DNA of 17,765 nucleotides from Giardia intestinalis (Eukaryota): NCBI GenBank assembly GCA_000002435.2, contig AACB03000033.1; one strand, 5' to 3'. Shown piece by piece: positions 7,647 to 17,019 of this stretch (position 1 is its first letter; each line of letters starts with the position of its first letter). The notes under the pieces were generated by a model. It saw only the letters and a program-made list of their open reading frames with translations, ran no database searches and was not told where the DNA came from. The position numbers and the translations under genes were made by a program.

Positions 7647-9380
7647 GTGATATGTACAAAGGCCAGTAATGGACTGTGCACTGCTTGTAAGACAGATAAC
7701 AAGTACATATTCCAGAACAGGGCAGACAAGGTGACTCCTGGTGGGGAGTGCATCTTGTGCTCTGATATCAAGGGAGCGAATGGATATACGGGAGTGGCCA
7801 ACTGTCTCAAGTGTACGGCACCAGGGAATGCAGGACCTGCCACGTGTAATACCTGTCAAGAGGGGTACTTCCTAAACAACAAGCTTTGTAAGCCATGCGA
7901 GGGGAACTGTGCCACCTGTGAGACATCGGCGACCCAGTGCACATCGTGTCCAGAGGGGAAGTACCTCAATGGGAATCAATGTACTGATAGCTGTGGTAAT
8001 GATAAGTATGCTGATCCAGAGTCTGGAACGTGCATGGCATGTAGTACAATAACTGATTGCACGGCATGCAAGTACAATGCGACTGTCAGTAAGCCCCAGT
8101 GCACTAACTGTGGCAGTAAGAAGGTGAAGACGGCCATCGATGGCACCACAACGTGCGTTGATGTGACCTCTGGATGCGAGGATGCTGATCACTTCAAGGC
8201 AGATGGTGATGCTGCGTGTGTCTTGTGCAGCAACACAACTGCAGGGTCAACCGCAAACGATAAGGGGATTGCTAACTGTAAGGAGTGCGCTAAGAGTGCA
8301 GATGGCTCCCCTCCAACTTGCACAGCTTGCCTCGATGGATACTTCTTTGAACAGTCATCAAACACTTGTTCGGCTTGTGGGGCCAACTGTGCCACATGTT
8401 CAGCTAAAACAGATGAGACTAAATGTAAAACGTGCAAGGAGGGGTTCTTCCTGGCCGGCACCGGCGAAGGAAAGTGCATCTCGTGCGAGAATGGTAATGA
8501 TAGTGGCTACAGCGGGCTTGCAGGATGCCTCTCTTGCACAGCCCCAGCCGCCCCGGGCCCGGCCAGCTGCAACCGCTGCAAGATCGGCTACAAGTTACAG
8601 GGAACAACGTGTGTGAAGACCTGCGAGGATACAACGGCTTGTGGGGGTACTTCTGGCGCCTGTGATGCTATAGTAATAGATGATAAGGGCAACACAAAGC
8701 ATTATTGTTCCTACTGTGGGGATAGTGGTAAGTTCCCTATTGATGGTATATGCACTGATAGCAAAGGAACAAATGCTGGGTGTACTGATCACATTTGCAG
8801 CTATTGTGCTCAAGGGTACTTCCTATACATGGGTGGCTGCTATAGTACAGCAAGTCCACCTGGCAACTATATGTGCAAGACAGCTGAAGGTGGCAAGTGC
8901 ACAGTTGCCAATGAGAATAATAAGTACTTCGTAGTACCAGAGGCACAGGCTACTGATCAGTCTGTCCTATCCTGTGGGAACCCCCTAGGCACATTGATAG
9001 GGGCTGGTGATACCTCTAAGGCATATGTGGGGGTAGATGGCTGTTCGGCATGTACGGCCCCAGCAGCTCTGTCTGATGGTGGTATGACTGCCGCTGTGTG
9101 TACCTCCTGTGACAGTGGTAAGGTGCCCAACAAGGACGGCAGTGGGTGTGTGACATGCTCTGTGAGTGATTGCAAGAGCTGTGTGATGGACGGTGTGTGT
9201 GAGGAGTGCAACAGTGGCTTCAGCCTAGACAGCAGTGGGGCCTCCTGTGTGTCCTCTGGCGCCAACAGGAGCGGGCTCTCCACGGGGGCCATCGCGGGGA
9301 TCTCCGTCGCTGTCATCGCTGTCGTGGGGGGCCTCGTGGGCTTCCTCTGCTGGTGGTTCGTGTGCAGGGGGAAGGCGTGA
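7647..9380 (+). CDS. vsp: VSP-family protein, unit 5 (type D, 577 aa from GTG; start undefined).
   Basis: CXXC-rich with GGCY (FLYMGGCYSTAS) and the CRGKA* tail. The N-terminal 125 aa are identical to unit 7. The C-terminal ~110 aa are shared with unit 6. Confidence 0.85.
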   Translation: MICTKASNGLCTACKTDNKYIFQNRADKVTPGGECILCSDIKGANGYTGVANCLKCTAPGNAGPATCNTCQEGYFLNNKLCKPCEGNCATCETSATQCTSCPEGKYLNGNQCTDSCGNDKYADPESGTCMACSTITDCTACKYNATVSKPQCTNCGSKKVKTAIDGTTTCVDVTSGCEDADHFKADGDAACVLCSNTTAGSTANDKGIANCKECAKSADGSPPTCTACLDGYFFEQSSNTCSACGANCATCSAKTDETKCKTCKEGFFLAGTGEGKCISCENGNDSGYSGLAGCLSCTAPAAPGPASCNRCKIGYKLQGTTCVKTCEDTTACGGTSGACDAIVIDDKGNTKHYCSYCGDSGKFPIDGICTDSKGTNAGCTDHICSYCAQGYFLYMGGCYSTASPPGNYMCKTAEGGKCTVANENNKYFVVPEAQATDQSVLSCGNPLGTLIGAGDTSKAYVGVDGCSACTAPAALSDGGMTAAVCTSCDSGKVPNKDGSGCVTCSVSDCKSCVMDGVCEECNSGFSLDSSGASCVSSGANRSGLSTGAIAGISVAVIAVVGGLVGFLCWWFVCRGKA

Positions 9381-9431
9381 CTTGGGTAGTGAATGCTGTA
9401 CAATGTGTGATAGAGGGTGATAGTATGATAG
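9381..9431 (+). repeat. Inter-unit spacer. PolyA signal 9388-9394, then ~3 GTGATAG-like repeats, ending at the in-frame TAG 9429-9431.
   Basis: Copy of the 5654-5704 spacer. Confidence 0.8.
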
Positions 9432-9575
9432 TGGAGTGAGATATGCACAAAGGCTGAGGGAGGACTGTGCACTGCTTGTAAGGCAGATAACGGCCTGTTC
9501 AAGAACCCGGCTGCAACACCAGAGAAGGGTAGTGAGTGCATACTGTGCTCTGATACGACAGATAGAAACGGGGTC

Positions 9576-11195
9576 ATGGGAGTCGCTGGATGCTCAGAAT
9601 GCTCCCACACGGGCACTAGCGGACCGGCCACGTGTACAGAGTGTCAAGCAGGGTTCGTTACGAAGGACAGTGCATGTGTGAAGTGCGGAGACGGCTGCTC
9701 TGCTTGCTCAGCTGATACTCCGACTCAGTGTACCGCCTGCGTTGAGGGGAAGTTCCTGAAGGATGGTAACACTTGTGTAGAGGCTACTGAATGTGGTGCT
9801 GATAAGTACGCAGACAAGAAGACCTGGACCTGCAAGGCATGTGATCCCGACATAGCTGGGTGCACCGCATGTGAATATAATGATGCCACGGGGAAGCCAA
9901 GGTGCACTAACTGCGGGACCAATAAGACCCCCAGGACGACCCTTGATGGGACCTCGACCTGTGTGACAAAAGACTACGCCGGGTGTCAAGGAGCTGATAA
10001 CGGTCTCTTTATGACCGAAGACAACGTGTGTCGTTTGTGCAGTGATCCCGCAGCGTCGGATTCAGAACCAAAGAACAAAGGCATTGCCGGCTGCAAGACA
10101 TGTACTAAGCAGCAAAGTCAGAAACCAGAATGCATAGAATGCCTCGAAGGGTATATCAAAGAAGGAAATGGCCCTGCCGCCACGTGTGAGGCCTGTGGTG
10201 CTAACTGTGCCACATGTTCTGAAAAAGCTGACAAGACCAAATGCCAAACCTGCAAGACCGGGTTCTTCCTGAAGGTCAGTAGCACTCCTGGAGAATGCTT
10301 CGCCTGCGATGACACAAACAATGGGGGCATCGAGGGGTGCTCCCAATGCACAATGGAGGCCAGTACTTTCAAGTGTACTGACTGTAAGGTGAACTATCGC
10401 AAGCAGAGTGGTACCAGTCCTGTTACATGTACAAAGGTATGTGAAGATGATACTGCCTGTGGGGGTACCTCTGGTGCTTGTGATGCCATGATAATAGATG
10501 ATCAGGGCACCACAAAGCACTACTGTTCATACTGTGGGGATAGCAGTAAGTATCCTATAGATGGTCTCTGTGCTAGTGAGGCTCAAAGTAATACTTGTAA
10601 CAACCATGTCTGTGAGTCTTGTACTACAGGATATTTCTTATATATGGGTGGTTGTTATAGCACTCAGAGTCCACCTGGACAACATATGTGCAAGACAGCA
10701 GCCAACGGTGTCTGTACCGCTGTTAATGAGAATAATAAGTACTTCCTGGTACCAGGGGCATCCAATGCTCAGCAGTCCGTGTTGGCATGTAGTAACCCCC
10801 TAGGCACACTAGTAGATCCTCAAGGTACCGCTAAGGCATATGTGGGGGTAGATGGCTGTTCGGCATGTACGGCCCCAGCAGCTCTGTCTGATGGTGGTAT
10901 GACTGCCGCTGTGTGTACCTCCTGTGACAGTGGTAAGGTGCCCAACAAGGACGGCAGTGGGTGTGTGACATGCTCTGTGGGTGATTGTAAGAGCTGTGTG
11001 ATGGATAATATATGTGAAGAGTGCAACAGTGGTTTCAGCATAGACAGCAGTGGGGCCTCCTGTGTGTCTATGAGTACCAACAGGAGCGGGCTCTCCACGG
11101 GGGCCATCGCGGGGATCTCCGTCGCTGTGGTCGTCGTCGTGGGGGGCCTCGTGGGCTTCCTCTGCTGGTGGTTCATATGTAGAGGGAAGGCATGA
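9576..11195 (+). CDS. vsp: VSP-family protein, unit 6 (type E, 539 aa from the first ATG; frame open from 9432). Most divergent member. The FICRGKA tail is encoded by synonymous variant codons.
   Basis: The first ~75 aa match units 4 and 8 (MGVAGCSECSHTG...CVEGKFLKDGNTCV). The middle is unique, with patches of type A (TNCGTNKTPRTTLDGTSTCV; GQHMCKTAANGVCTAVNENNKYF). The C-terminal module matches unit 5. GGCY is present (FLYMGGCYSTQS). The tail reads ttc ata tgt aga ggg aag gca tga. Confidence 0.85.
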   Translation: MGVAGCSECSHTGTSGPATCTECQAGFVTKDSACVKCGDGCSACSADTPTQCTACVEGKFLKDGNTCVEATECGADKYADKKTWTCKACDPDIAGCTACEYNDATGKPRCTNCGTNKTPRTTLDGTSTCVTKDYAGCQGADNGLFMTEDNVCRLCSDPAASDSEPKNKGIAGCKTCTKQQSQKPECIECLEGYIKEGNGPAATCEACGANCATCSEKADKTKCQTCKTGFFLKVSSTPGECFACDDTNNGGIEGCSQCTMEASTFKCTDCKVNYRKQSGTSPVTCTKVCEDDTACGGTSGACDAMIIDDQGTTKHYCSYCGDSSKYPIDGLCASEAQSNTCNNHVCESCTTGYFLYMGGCYSTQSPPGQHMCKTAANGVCTAVNENNKYFLVPGASNAQQSVLACSNPLGTLVDPQGTAKAYVGVDGCSACTAPAALSDGGMTAAVCTSCDSGKVPNKDGSGCVTCSVGDCKSCVMDNICEECNSGFSIDSSGASCVSMSTNRSGLSTGAIAGISVAVVVVVGGLVGFLCWWFICRGKA

Positions 11196-11262
11196 CTCAG
11201 GTAGTGAATGCTATACAATGTGTGATAATGGGTAATAGAGGGTGATAGTGTGATAGTGGAGT
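11196..11262 (+). repeat. Inter-unit spacer (D-type). PolyA signal 11203-11209. Variant 5' flank TGACTCAGGTAGTGAAT.
   Basis: Same as 7580-7646 apart from the first 11 nt (the unit-6 3' flank TGACTCAGGTAG). TAG 11254-11256 precedes the frame opening at 11257. Confidence 0.8.
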
Positions 11263-13110
11263 GTGATATGTACAAAGGCCAGTAATGGACTGTGCACTGC
11301 TTGTAAGACAGATAACAAGTACATATTCCAGAACAGGGCAGACAAGGTGACTCCTGGTGGGGAGTGCATCTTGTGCTCTGATATCAAGGGAGCGAATGGA
11401 TATACGGGAGTGGCCAACTGTCTCAAGTGTACGGCACCAGGGAATGCAGGACCTGCCACGTGTAATACCTGTCAAGAGGGGTACTTCCTAAACAACAAGC
11501 TTTGTAAGCCATGCGAGGGGAACTGTGCCACCTGTGAGACATCGGCGACCCAGTGCACATCGTGTCCAGAGGGGAAGTACCTCAATGGGAATCAATGTAC
11601 TGATAGCTGTGGTAATGATAAGTATGCTGACCCGGAGTCGGGAACATGCAAGGCATGTAGTACGATACACGCAGAGTGCACGGCATGCTCCTTCGACAAG
11701 GCCACGGGGAAGCCGAAGTGCACTAACTGCGGGACCAATAAGACCCCCAGGACGGCCCTCGACGGGACATCGACCTGCGTGGCGAAGACGCTTGAAGGAT
11801 GCGAGGGCGCTGACGAGGCCTTATTTATGAAGGAGGACAAAACGTGTGCTCTTTGTAGTGATGTGACAGATTCAACTCTTGGTAACGAAGGAAAGGCCAA
11901 CTGCAAGACATGTACGAAAACAGGAAGTGACAATCCAACCTGCTCAGCCTGTCTCGATGGATACTTCTTTGATAGTGGTACTAGTACATGTACAGACAAG
12001 TGTGGTGATAACTGTGCCACATGCTCTGTTGCTGGTGATCCAAATAAGTGTGAAACCTGCAAGACTGGATACTTCTTAGTAACTACTACAGATCAACAGG
12101 GGAAGAAGTGCGTCCCATGCGATAGCGTAGACGATAAGGGTCGCGAAGGCTGCAGTGTCTGCTCTAACAACGGTGCTTTCAAGTGCACTGACTGTAAGCC
12201 TAACTATCGCAAGGAGGGCAGTACTGGCTCTGTCACATGCACCAAGATCTGTGAAGATGATACTGCCTGTGGAGGAACTTCTGGTGCCTGCGATGCAATA
12301 GTGATTGATGATAAGGGTGTAGAGCATCATTATTGCTCATACTGTGGAGAAGCTAATACGTATCCTATAGATGGGAAGTGTAATAGTGCTAAAGCAAATA
12401 ATCAATGTGATCAAGGTGTATGTACACAATGCACTAACAACTACTTCTTGTATATGGGAGGTTGTTACAAGGTTGATACAGTACCTGGACAACATATGTG
12501 CAAGACAGCAGCCAACGGTGTCTGTACCGCTGTTAATGCCAACAATAGGTACTTCATAGTCCCTGGGGCAACCAATCAGAATCAGTCTGTATTGGCATGT
12601 AGCAACTCCCTTGGCACACTAGTAGGCACTGGTGATACCTCTAAGGCATATGTGGGGGTAGATGGCTGTTCGGCATGCACGGCCCCAACAGCTCTGTCTG
12701 AGACTGGTATGACTGCTGCTGTGTGTACAGCGTGTACCAACAACAACAAGCCCAACCTGGCTGGGAGCGGGTGCTTCGCATGTACCGTTGACGGATGCTC
12801 GCACTGTGGAGCAGGCGGTAAGTGCGAGGCCTGTACCAGTAAAGACCAGAGGCCGAACACAGACGGAACGAAGTGCATCGCCTGCAATATCGACGGGTGC
12901 GTCAGGTGCAGCGAGGAGAACAAGTGCGGCCAGTGTGGGGACGACTACAGGCTGGAGGGTGAGGCGTGCGTGTCCACCAAGCCCAGCGGGGGCAACAGAA
13001 GCGGCCTCAGTACTGGTGCCATAGCAGGGATCTCCGTGGCTGTCATCGCTGTCGTGGGGGGCCTCGTGGGCTTCCTCTGCTGGTGGTTCGTGTGCAGGGG
13101 GAAGGCGTGA
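11263..13110 (+). CDS. vsp: VSP-family protein, unit 7 (615 aa from GTG). D/A chimera: the 5' part through ~11622 is type D (= unit 5), and the part from ~11631 to the end is type A (= unit 3).
   Basis: Direct comparison: 11263-11630 matches 7647-8014, and 11623-13110 matches 4153-5653. The crossover lies within the shared octamer TATGCTGA (11623-11630). Confidence 0.87.
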   Translation: MICTKASNGLCTACKTDNKYIFQNRADKVTPGGECILCSDIKGANGYTGVANCLKCTAPGNAGPATCNTCQEGYFLNNKLCKPCEGNCATCETSATQCTSCPEGKYLNGNQCTDSCGNDKYADPESGTCKACSTIHAECTACSFDKATGKPKCTNCGTNKTPRTALDGTSTCVAKTLEGCEGADEALFMKEDKTCALCSDVTDSTLGNEGKANCKTCTKTGSDNPTCSACLDGYFFDSGTSTCTDKCGDNCATCSVAGDPNKCETCKTGYFLVTTTDQQGKKCVPCDSVDDKGREGCSVCSNNGAFKCTDCKPNYRKEGSTGSVTCTKICEDDTACGGTSGACDAIVIDDKGVEHHYCSYCGEANTYPIDGKCNSAKANNQCDQGVCTQCTNNYFLYMGGCYKVDTVPGQHMCKTAANGVCTAVNANNRYFIVPGATNQNQSVLACSNSLGTLVGTGDTSKAYVGVDGCSACTAPTALSETGMTAAVCTACTNNNKPNLAGSGCFACTVDGCSHCGAGGKCEACTSKDQRPNTDGTKCIACNIDGCVRCSEENKCGQCGDDYRLEGEACVSTKPSGGNRSGLSTGAIAGISVAVIAVVGGLVGFLCWWFVCRGKA

Positions 13111-13161
13111 CTTGGGTAGTGAATGCTATACAATGGGTGATAGTGTGTGATAGTATGATAG
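13111..13161 (+). repeat. Inter-unit spacer. PolyA signal 13118-13124. GTGATAG-like repeats, ending at the in-frame TAG 13159-13161.
   Basis: Near-copy of 5654-5704. Confidence 0.8.
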
Positions 13162-13305
13162 TGGAGTGAGATATGCACAAAGGCTGAGGGAGGACTGTGC
13201 ACTGCTTGTAAGACAGCTAACGGCCTGTTCAAGAACCCTGATGCAACACCAGAGAAGGGTAGTGAGTGCATACTGTGCTCTGATACGACAGATAGAAACG
13301 GGGTC

Positions 13306-15036
13306 ATGGGAGTCGCTGGATGCTCAGAATGCTCCCACACGGGCACTAGCGGACCGGCCACGTGTACAGAGTGTCAAGCAGGGTTCGTTACGAAGGACAG
13401 TGCATGTGTGAAGTGCGGAGACGGCTGCTCTGCTTGCTCAGCTGATACTCCGACTCAGTGTACCGCCTGCGTTGAGGGGAAGTACCTGAAGGATGGTAAC
13501 ACTTGTGTAGATGCTGGTGGATGTGACAATGGTAACTATGCGGACAAGAAGACCTGGACCTGTAAGGCCTGCAGTGAGATACAAGGATGCACCGCGTGTG
13601 CATACGACGACGCCACGGGAAAGCCGAAGTGCACCGACTGCGGTAGTAAGACGGTCAGAGACGAGCTGGATGGGACAACGACCTGTGTTGATGAGGCCGA
13701 GTGCAAAGTGGGCAAGACGCACTTCTACGACGCCTCGAAGTGCGTGCAGTGCGGCGACAATGGTAAGGGCGGAGTCCAGAACTGCAAGCTGTGCACCGCA
13801 AAAGGCACCTGCGAGGCTTGTGTCGACGGGTATAAAGTCAACGGAAACGCCTGCGAGGCCTGCACAGGAAACTGCGCAGAGTGCGGAACAGCGGGTCAAA
13901 TCAACACATGTACAAGATGCATGCCGGGGTACTTCCTTAAGGATGGCCCGCCTAAGACATGCGTTCTCTGTGATGACGAGACAAGTGGGATTCCAGGCTG
14001 TGCCGAGTGCACAGGCGGCGTGGGGTCCCTCAAATGCACTGAATGTAAGCCCAACTACAGACCCAGCGGAGAACCTAGCGACCTCACATGTACAAAGACC
14101 TGTGAAGATGAGACTGCATGTGGAGGGACAGCAGGGGCCTGCGACGCCATCGTGGTCGGCAACGACGGCAGCATGCTCTCTTACTGTTCAAAGTGTGTTG
14201 GCGCCGGCTATGGCCCTATTAATGGGAAGTGCACCAATGCACTTGCAGGTAATACCTGCGCCGATGGCGTATGTACGCGGTGCACCAACAACTACTTCCT
14301 CTATATGGGTGGTTGCTATGATGTGTCGAAGGCTCCTGGCAACCTCATGTGCTCTGCGGCTCCAAGTGGGTTCTGCACCACACCGGTCGGGCGCTACTTC
14401 AAGATTCCTGGGGACTCTGCTGCTCAGCAGTCCGTGCTTGCCTGTGGCAACCCTGTGGGAGCGACCGCGGGCGACAAGGCGTACGTCGGCGTGCTAGACT
14501 GCACGGCGTGCGCGGCCCCGCAGGCGCCAGCCGCCAATGCGATGGCCGCGGCGGTCTGTAGTGCGTGCGACAAGACGAAGAAGCCCAACAAGGATGGCAG
14601 CGGGTGCACCCTGTGTGCGGTCGGCGGGTGCAAGAGCTGCGCCATCGACGGGATGTGCGAGGTGTGTGCTGAGGACAATAAGAAGCCCAACATGGCTGGA
14701 AGCACCTGCTATGTGTGTCCGGCCCAGGGCTGCTCTCACTGCAGCGCAGACAACAAGTGTGAGGCATGTACCAATAAAGACCAGAGACCCAGCCTGGACG
14801 GCACCCAGTGCATTGTCTGTGACATAGAGAGGTGCATGCGGTGCAGCGCAGAGGGCGTCTGCGGGGAGTGCGAGGAGGGCTATGTCCCGAGGGATGGCAT
14901 GTGTGTGTCCTCTGGCACCAACAGGAGCGGGCTCTCCACGGGGGCCGTCGCGGGGATCTCCGTGGCTGTCATCGCTGTCGTGGGGGGCCTCGTGGGCTTC
15001 CTCTGCTGGTGGTTCGTGTGCAGGGGGAAGGCGTGA
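13306..15036 (+). CDS. vsp: VSP-family protein, unit 8 (type C, 576 aa from the first ATG; frame open from 13162). Near-identical to unit 4.
   Basis: Matches unit 4 apart from the N-terminal extension (KTANGLFKNPDATPEK vs KADNGLFKNPAATPEK), one synonymous ccc/cct difference, and the TM patch (VIAVV here vs VVVVV in unit 4). Confidence 0.85.
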   Translation: MGVAGCSECSHTGTSGPATCTECQAGFVTKDSACVKCGDGCSACSADTPTQCTACVEGKYLKDGNTCVDAGGCDNGNYADKKTWTCKACSEIQGCTACAYDDATGKPKCTDCGSKTVRDELDGTTTCVDEAECKVGKTHFYDASKCVQCGDNGKGGVQNCKLCTAKGTCEACVDGYKVNGNACEACTGNCAECGTAGQINTCTRCMPGYFLKDGPPKTCVLCDDETSGIPGCAECTGGVGSLKCTECKPNYRPSGEPSDLTCTKTCEDETACGGTAGACDAIVVGNDGSMLSYCSKCVGAGYGPINGKCTNALAGNTCADGVCTRCTNNYFLYMGGCYDVSKAPGNLMCSAAPSGFCTTPVGRYFKIPGDSAAQQSVLACGNPVGATAGDKAYVGVLDCTACAAPQAPAANAMAAAVCSACDKTKKPNKDGSGCTLCAVGGCKSCAIDGMCEVCAEDNKKPNMAGSTCYVCPAQGCSHCSADNKCEACTNKDQRPSLDGTQCIVCDIERCMRCSAEGVCGECEEGYVPRDGMCVSSGTNRSGLSTGAVAGISVAVIAVVGGLVGFLCWWFVCRGKA

Positions 15037-15105
15037 CTTGGGTAGTGAATGCTGTACAATGGGTGATAGAAGGTGATAGTGGGTGATAATGTGTGATAGT
15101 GGAGT
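15037..15105 (+). repeat. Inter-unit spacer. PolyA signal 15044-15050. About 4 degenerate repeats (GGTGATAGA, GGTGATAGT, GGGTGATAAT, GTGTGATAG).
   Basis: TAG 15097-15099 is followed by the frame opening at 15100. The box variant GGAGTGTGATATGCACAGCAGCCAGTGA carries an out-of-frame mini-ORF. Confidence 0.8.
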
Positions 15106-16962
15106 GTGATATGCACAGCAGCCAGTGATGGAGTGTGCACTGCTTGTAAGACAGCTAACGGCCTGTTCAAGAACCCAGTTACACCTCAGAAGCCTGGTAG
15201 TGAGTGCATCCTCTGTCATGATGTCAATGGGGCAGATGGATATACAGGGGTGGCTAACTGCGCACAGTGTACCAAGTCAGACAGTAGTCCAGGACCTGCC
15301 ACGTGTACAGAGTGCCAAGATGGATACTACAAGAACTCTCAGACATGTGTCAAATGTAATGAAGCTTGTCTGACCTGCGATGGAAGTGGTCAGAATCATT
15401 GTACATCGTGCCCAGAGGGGAAGTACCTGAAGAGTAATCAATGTGTACAAGATACTGGATGCGATGGAAACACTTATGCTGACCCGGAGTCGGGAACATG
15501 CAAGGCATGTAGTACGATACACGCAGAGTGCACGGCATGCTCCTTCGACAAGGCCACGGGGAAGCCGAAGTGCACTAACTGCGGGACCAATAAGACCCCC
15601 AGGACGGCCCTCGACGGGACATCGACCTGCGTGGCGAAGACGCTTGAAGGATGCGAGGGCGCTGACGAGGCCTTATTTATGAAGGAGGACAAAACGTGTG
15701 CTCTTTGTAGTGATGTGACAGATTCAACTCTTGGTAACGAAGGAAAGGCCAACTGCAAGACATGTACGAAAACAGGAAGTGACAATCCAACCTGCTCAGC
15801 CTGTCTCGATGGATACTTCTTTGATAGTGGTACTAGTACATGTACAGACAAGTGTGGTGATAACTGTGCCACATGCTCTGTTGCTGGTGATCCAAATAAG
15901 TGTGAAACCTGCAAGACTGGATACTTCTTAGTAACTACTACAGATCAACAGGGGAAGAAGTGCGTCCCATGCGATAGCGTAGACGATAAGGGTCGCGAAG
16001 GCTGCAGTGTCTGCTCTAACAACGGTGCTTTCAAGTGCACTGACTGTAAGCCTAACTATCGCAAGGAGGGCAGTACTGGCTCTGTCACATGCACCAAGAT
16101 CTGTGAAGATGATACTGCCTGTGGAGGAACTTCTGGTGCCTGCGATGCAATAGTGATTGATGATAAGGGTGTAGAGCATCATTATTGCTCATACTGTGGA
16201 GAAGCTAATACGTATCCTATAGATGGGAAGTGTAATAGTGCTAAAGCAAATAATCAATGTGATCAAGGTGTATGTACACAATGCACTAACAACTACTTCT
16301 TGTATATGGGAGGTTGTTACAAGGTTGATACAGTACCTGGACAACATATGTGCAAGACAGCAGCCAACGGTGTCTGTACTGCTGTTAATGCCAACAATAG
16401 GTACTTCATAGTCCCTGGGGCAACCAATCAGAATCAGTCTGTATTAGCATGTAGCAACTCCCTTGGCACACTAGTAGGCACTGGTGATACCTCTAAGGCA
16501 TACGTTGGGGTACTCAACTGCTCAGCATGCACGGCCCCAACAGCTCCATCTGAGACTGGTATGACTGCTGCTGTGTGTACAGCGTGTACCAACAACAACA
16601 AGCCCAACCTGGCTGGGAGCGGGTGCTTCGCATGTACCGTTGACGGATGCTCGCACTGTGGAGCAGGCGGTAAGTGCGAGGCCTGTACCAGTAAAGACCA
16701 GAGGCCGAACACAGACGGAACGAAGTGCATCGCCTGCAATATCGACGGGTGCGTCAGGTGCAGCGAGGAGAACAAGTGCGGCCAGTGTGGGGACGACTAC
16801 AGGCTGGAGGGTGAGGCGTGCGTGTCCACCAAGCCCAGCGGGGGCAACAGAAGCGGCCTCAGTACTGGTGCCATAGCAGGGATCTCCGTCGCTGTCATCG
16901 CTGTCGTGGGGGGCCTCGTGGGCTTCCTCTGCTGGTGGTTCGTGTGCAGGGGGAAGGCGTGA
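15106..16962 (+). CDS. vsp: VSP-family protein, unit 9 (type A, 618 aa from GTG; start undefined).
   Basis: Matches unit 3 except for short patches. Sits at a ~15.13 kb offset from unit 1. Confidence 0.87.
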   Translation: MICTAASDGVCTACKTANGLFKNPVTPQKPGSECILCHDVNGADGYTGVANCAQCTKSDSSPGPATCTECQDGYYKNSQTCVKCNEACLTCDGSGQNHCTSCPEGKYLKSNQCVQDTGCDGNTYADPESGTCKACSTIHAECTACSFDKATGKPKCTNCGTNKTPRTALDGTSTCVAKTLEGCEGADEALFMKEDKTCALCSDVTDSTLGNEGKANCKTCTKTGSDNPTCSACLDGYFFDSGTSTCTDKCGDNCATCSVAGDPNKCETCKTGYFLVTTTDQQGKKCVPCDSVDDKGREGCSVCSNNGAFKCTDCKPNYRKEGSTGSVTCTKICEDDTACGGTSGACDAIVIDDKGVEHHYCSYCGEANTYPIDGKCNSAKANNQCDQGVCTQCTNNYFLYMGGCYKVDTVPGQHMCKTAANGVCTAVNANNRYFIVPGATNQNQSVLACSNSLGTLVGTGDTSKAYVGVLNCSACTAPTAPSETGMTAAVCTACTNNNKPNLAGSGCFACTVDGCSHCGAGGKCEACTSKDQRPNTDGTKCIACNIDGCVRCSEENKCGQCGDDYRLEGEACVSTKPSGGNRSGLSTGAIAGISVAVIAVVGGLVGFLCWWFVCRGKA

Positions 16963-17019
16963 CTTGGGTAGTGAATGCTGTACAATGGGTGATAGTGTGT
17001 GATAGTATGATAGTGGAGT
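16963..17019 (+). repeat. Inter-unit spacer. PolyA signal 16970-16976. About 3 GTGATAG-like repeats.
   Basis: Copy of the 1835-1891 spacer. TAG 17011-17013, and the frame opens at 17014. Confidence 0.8.
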
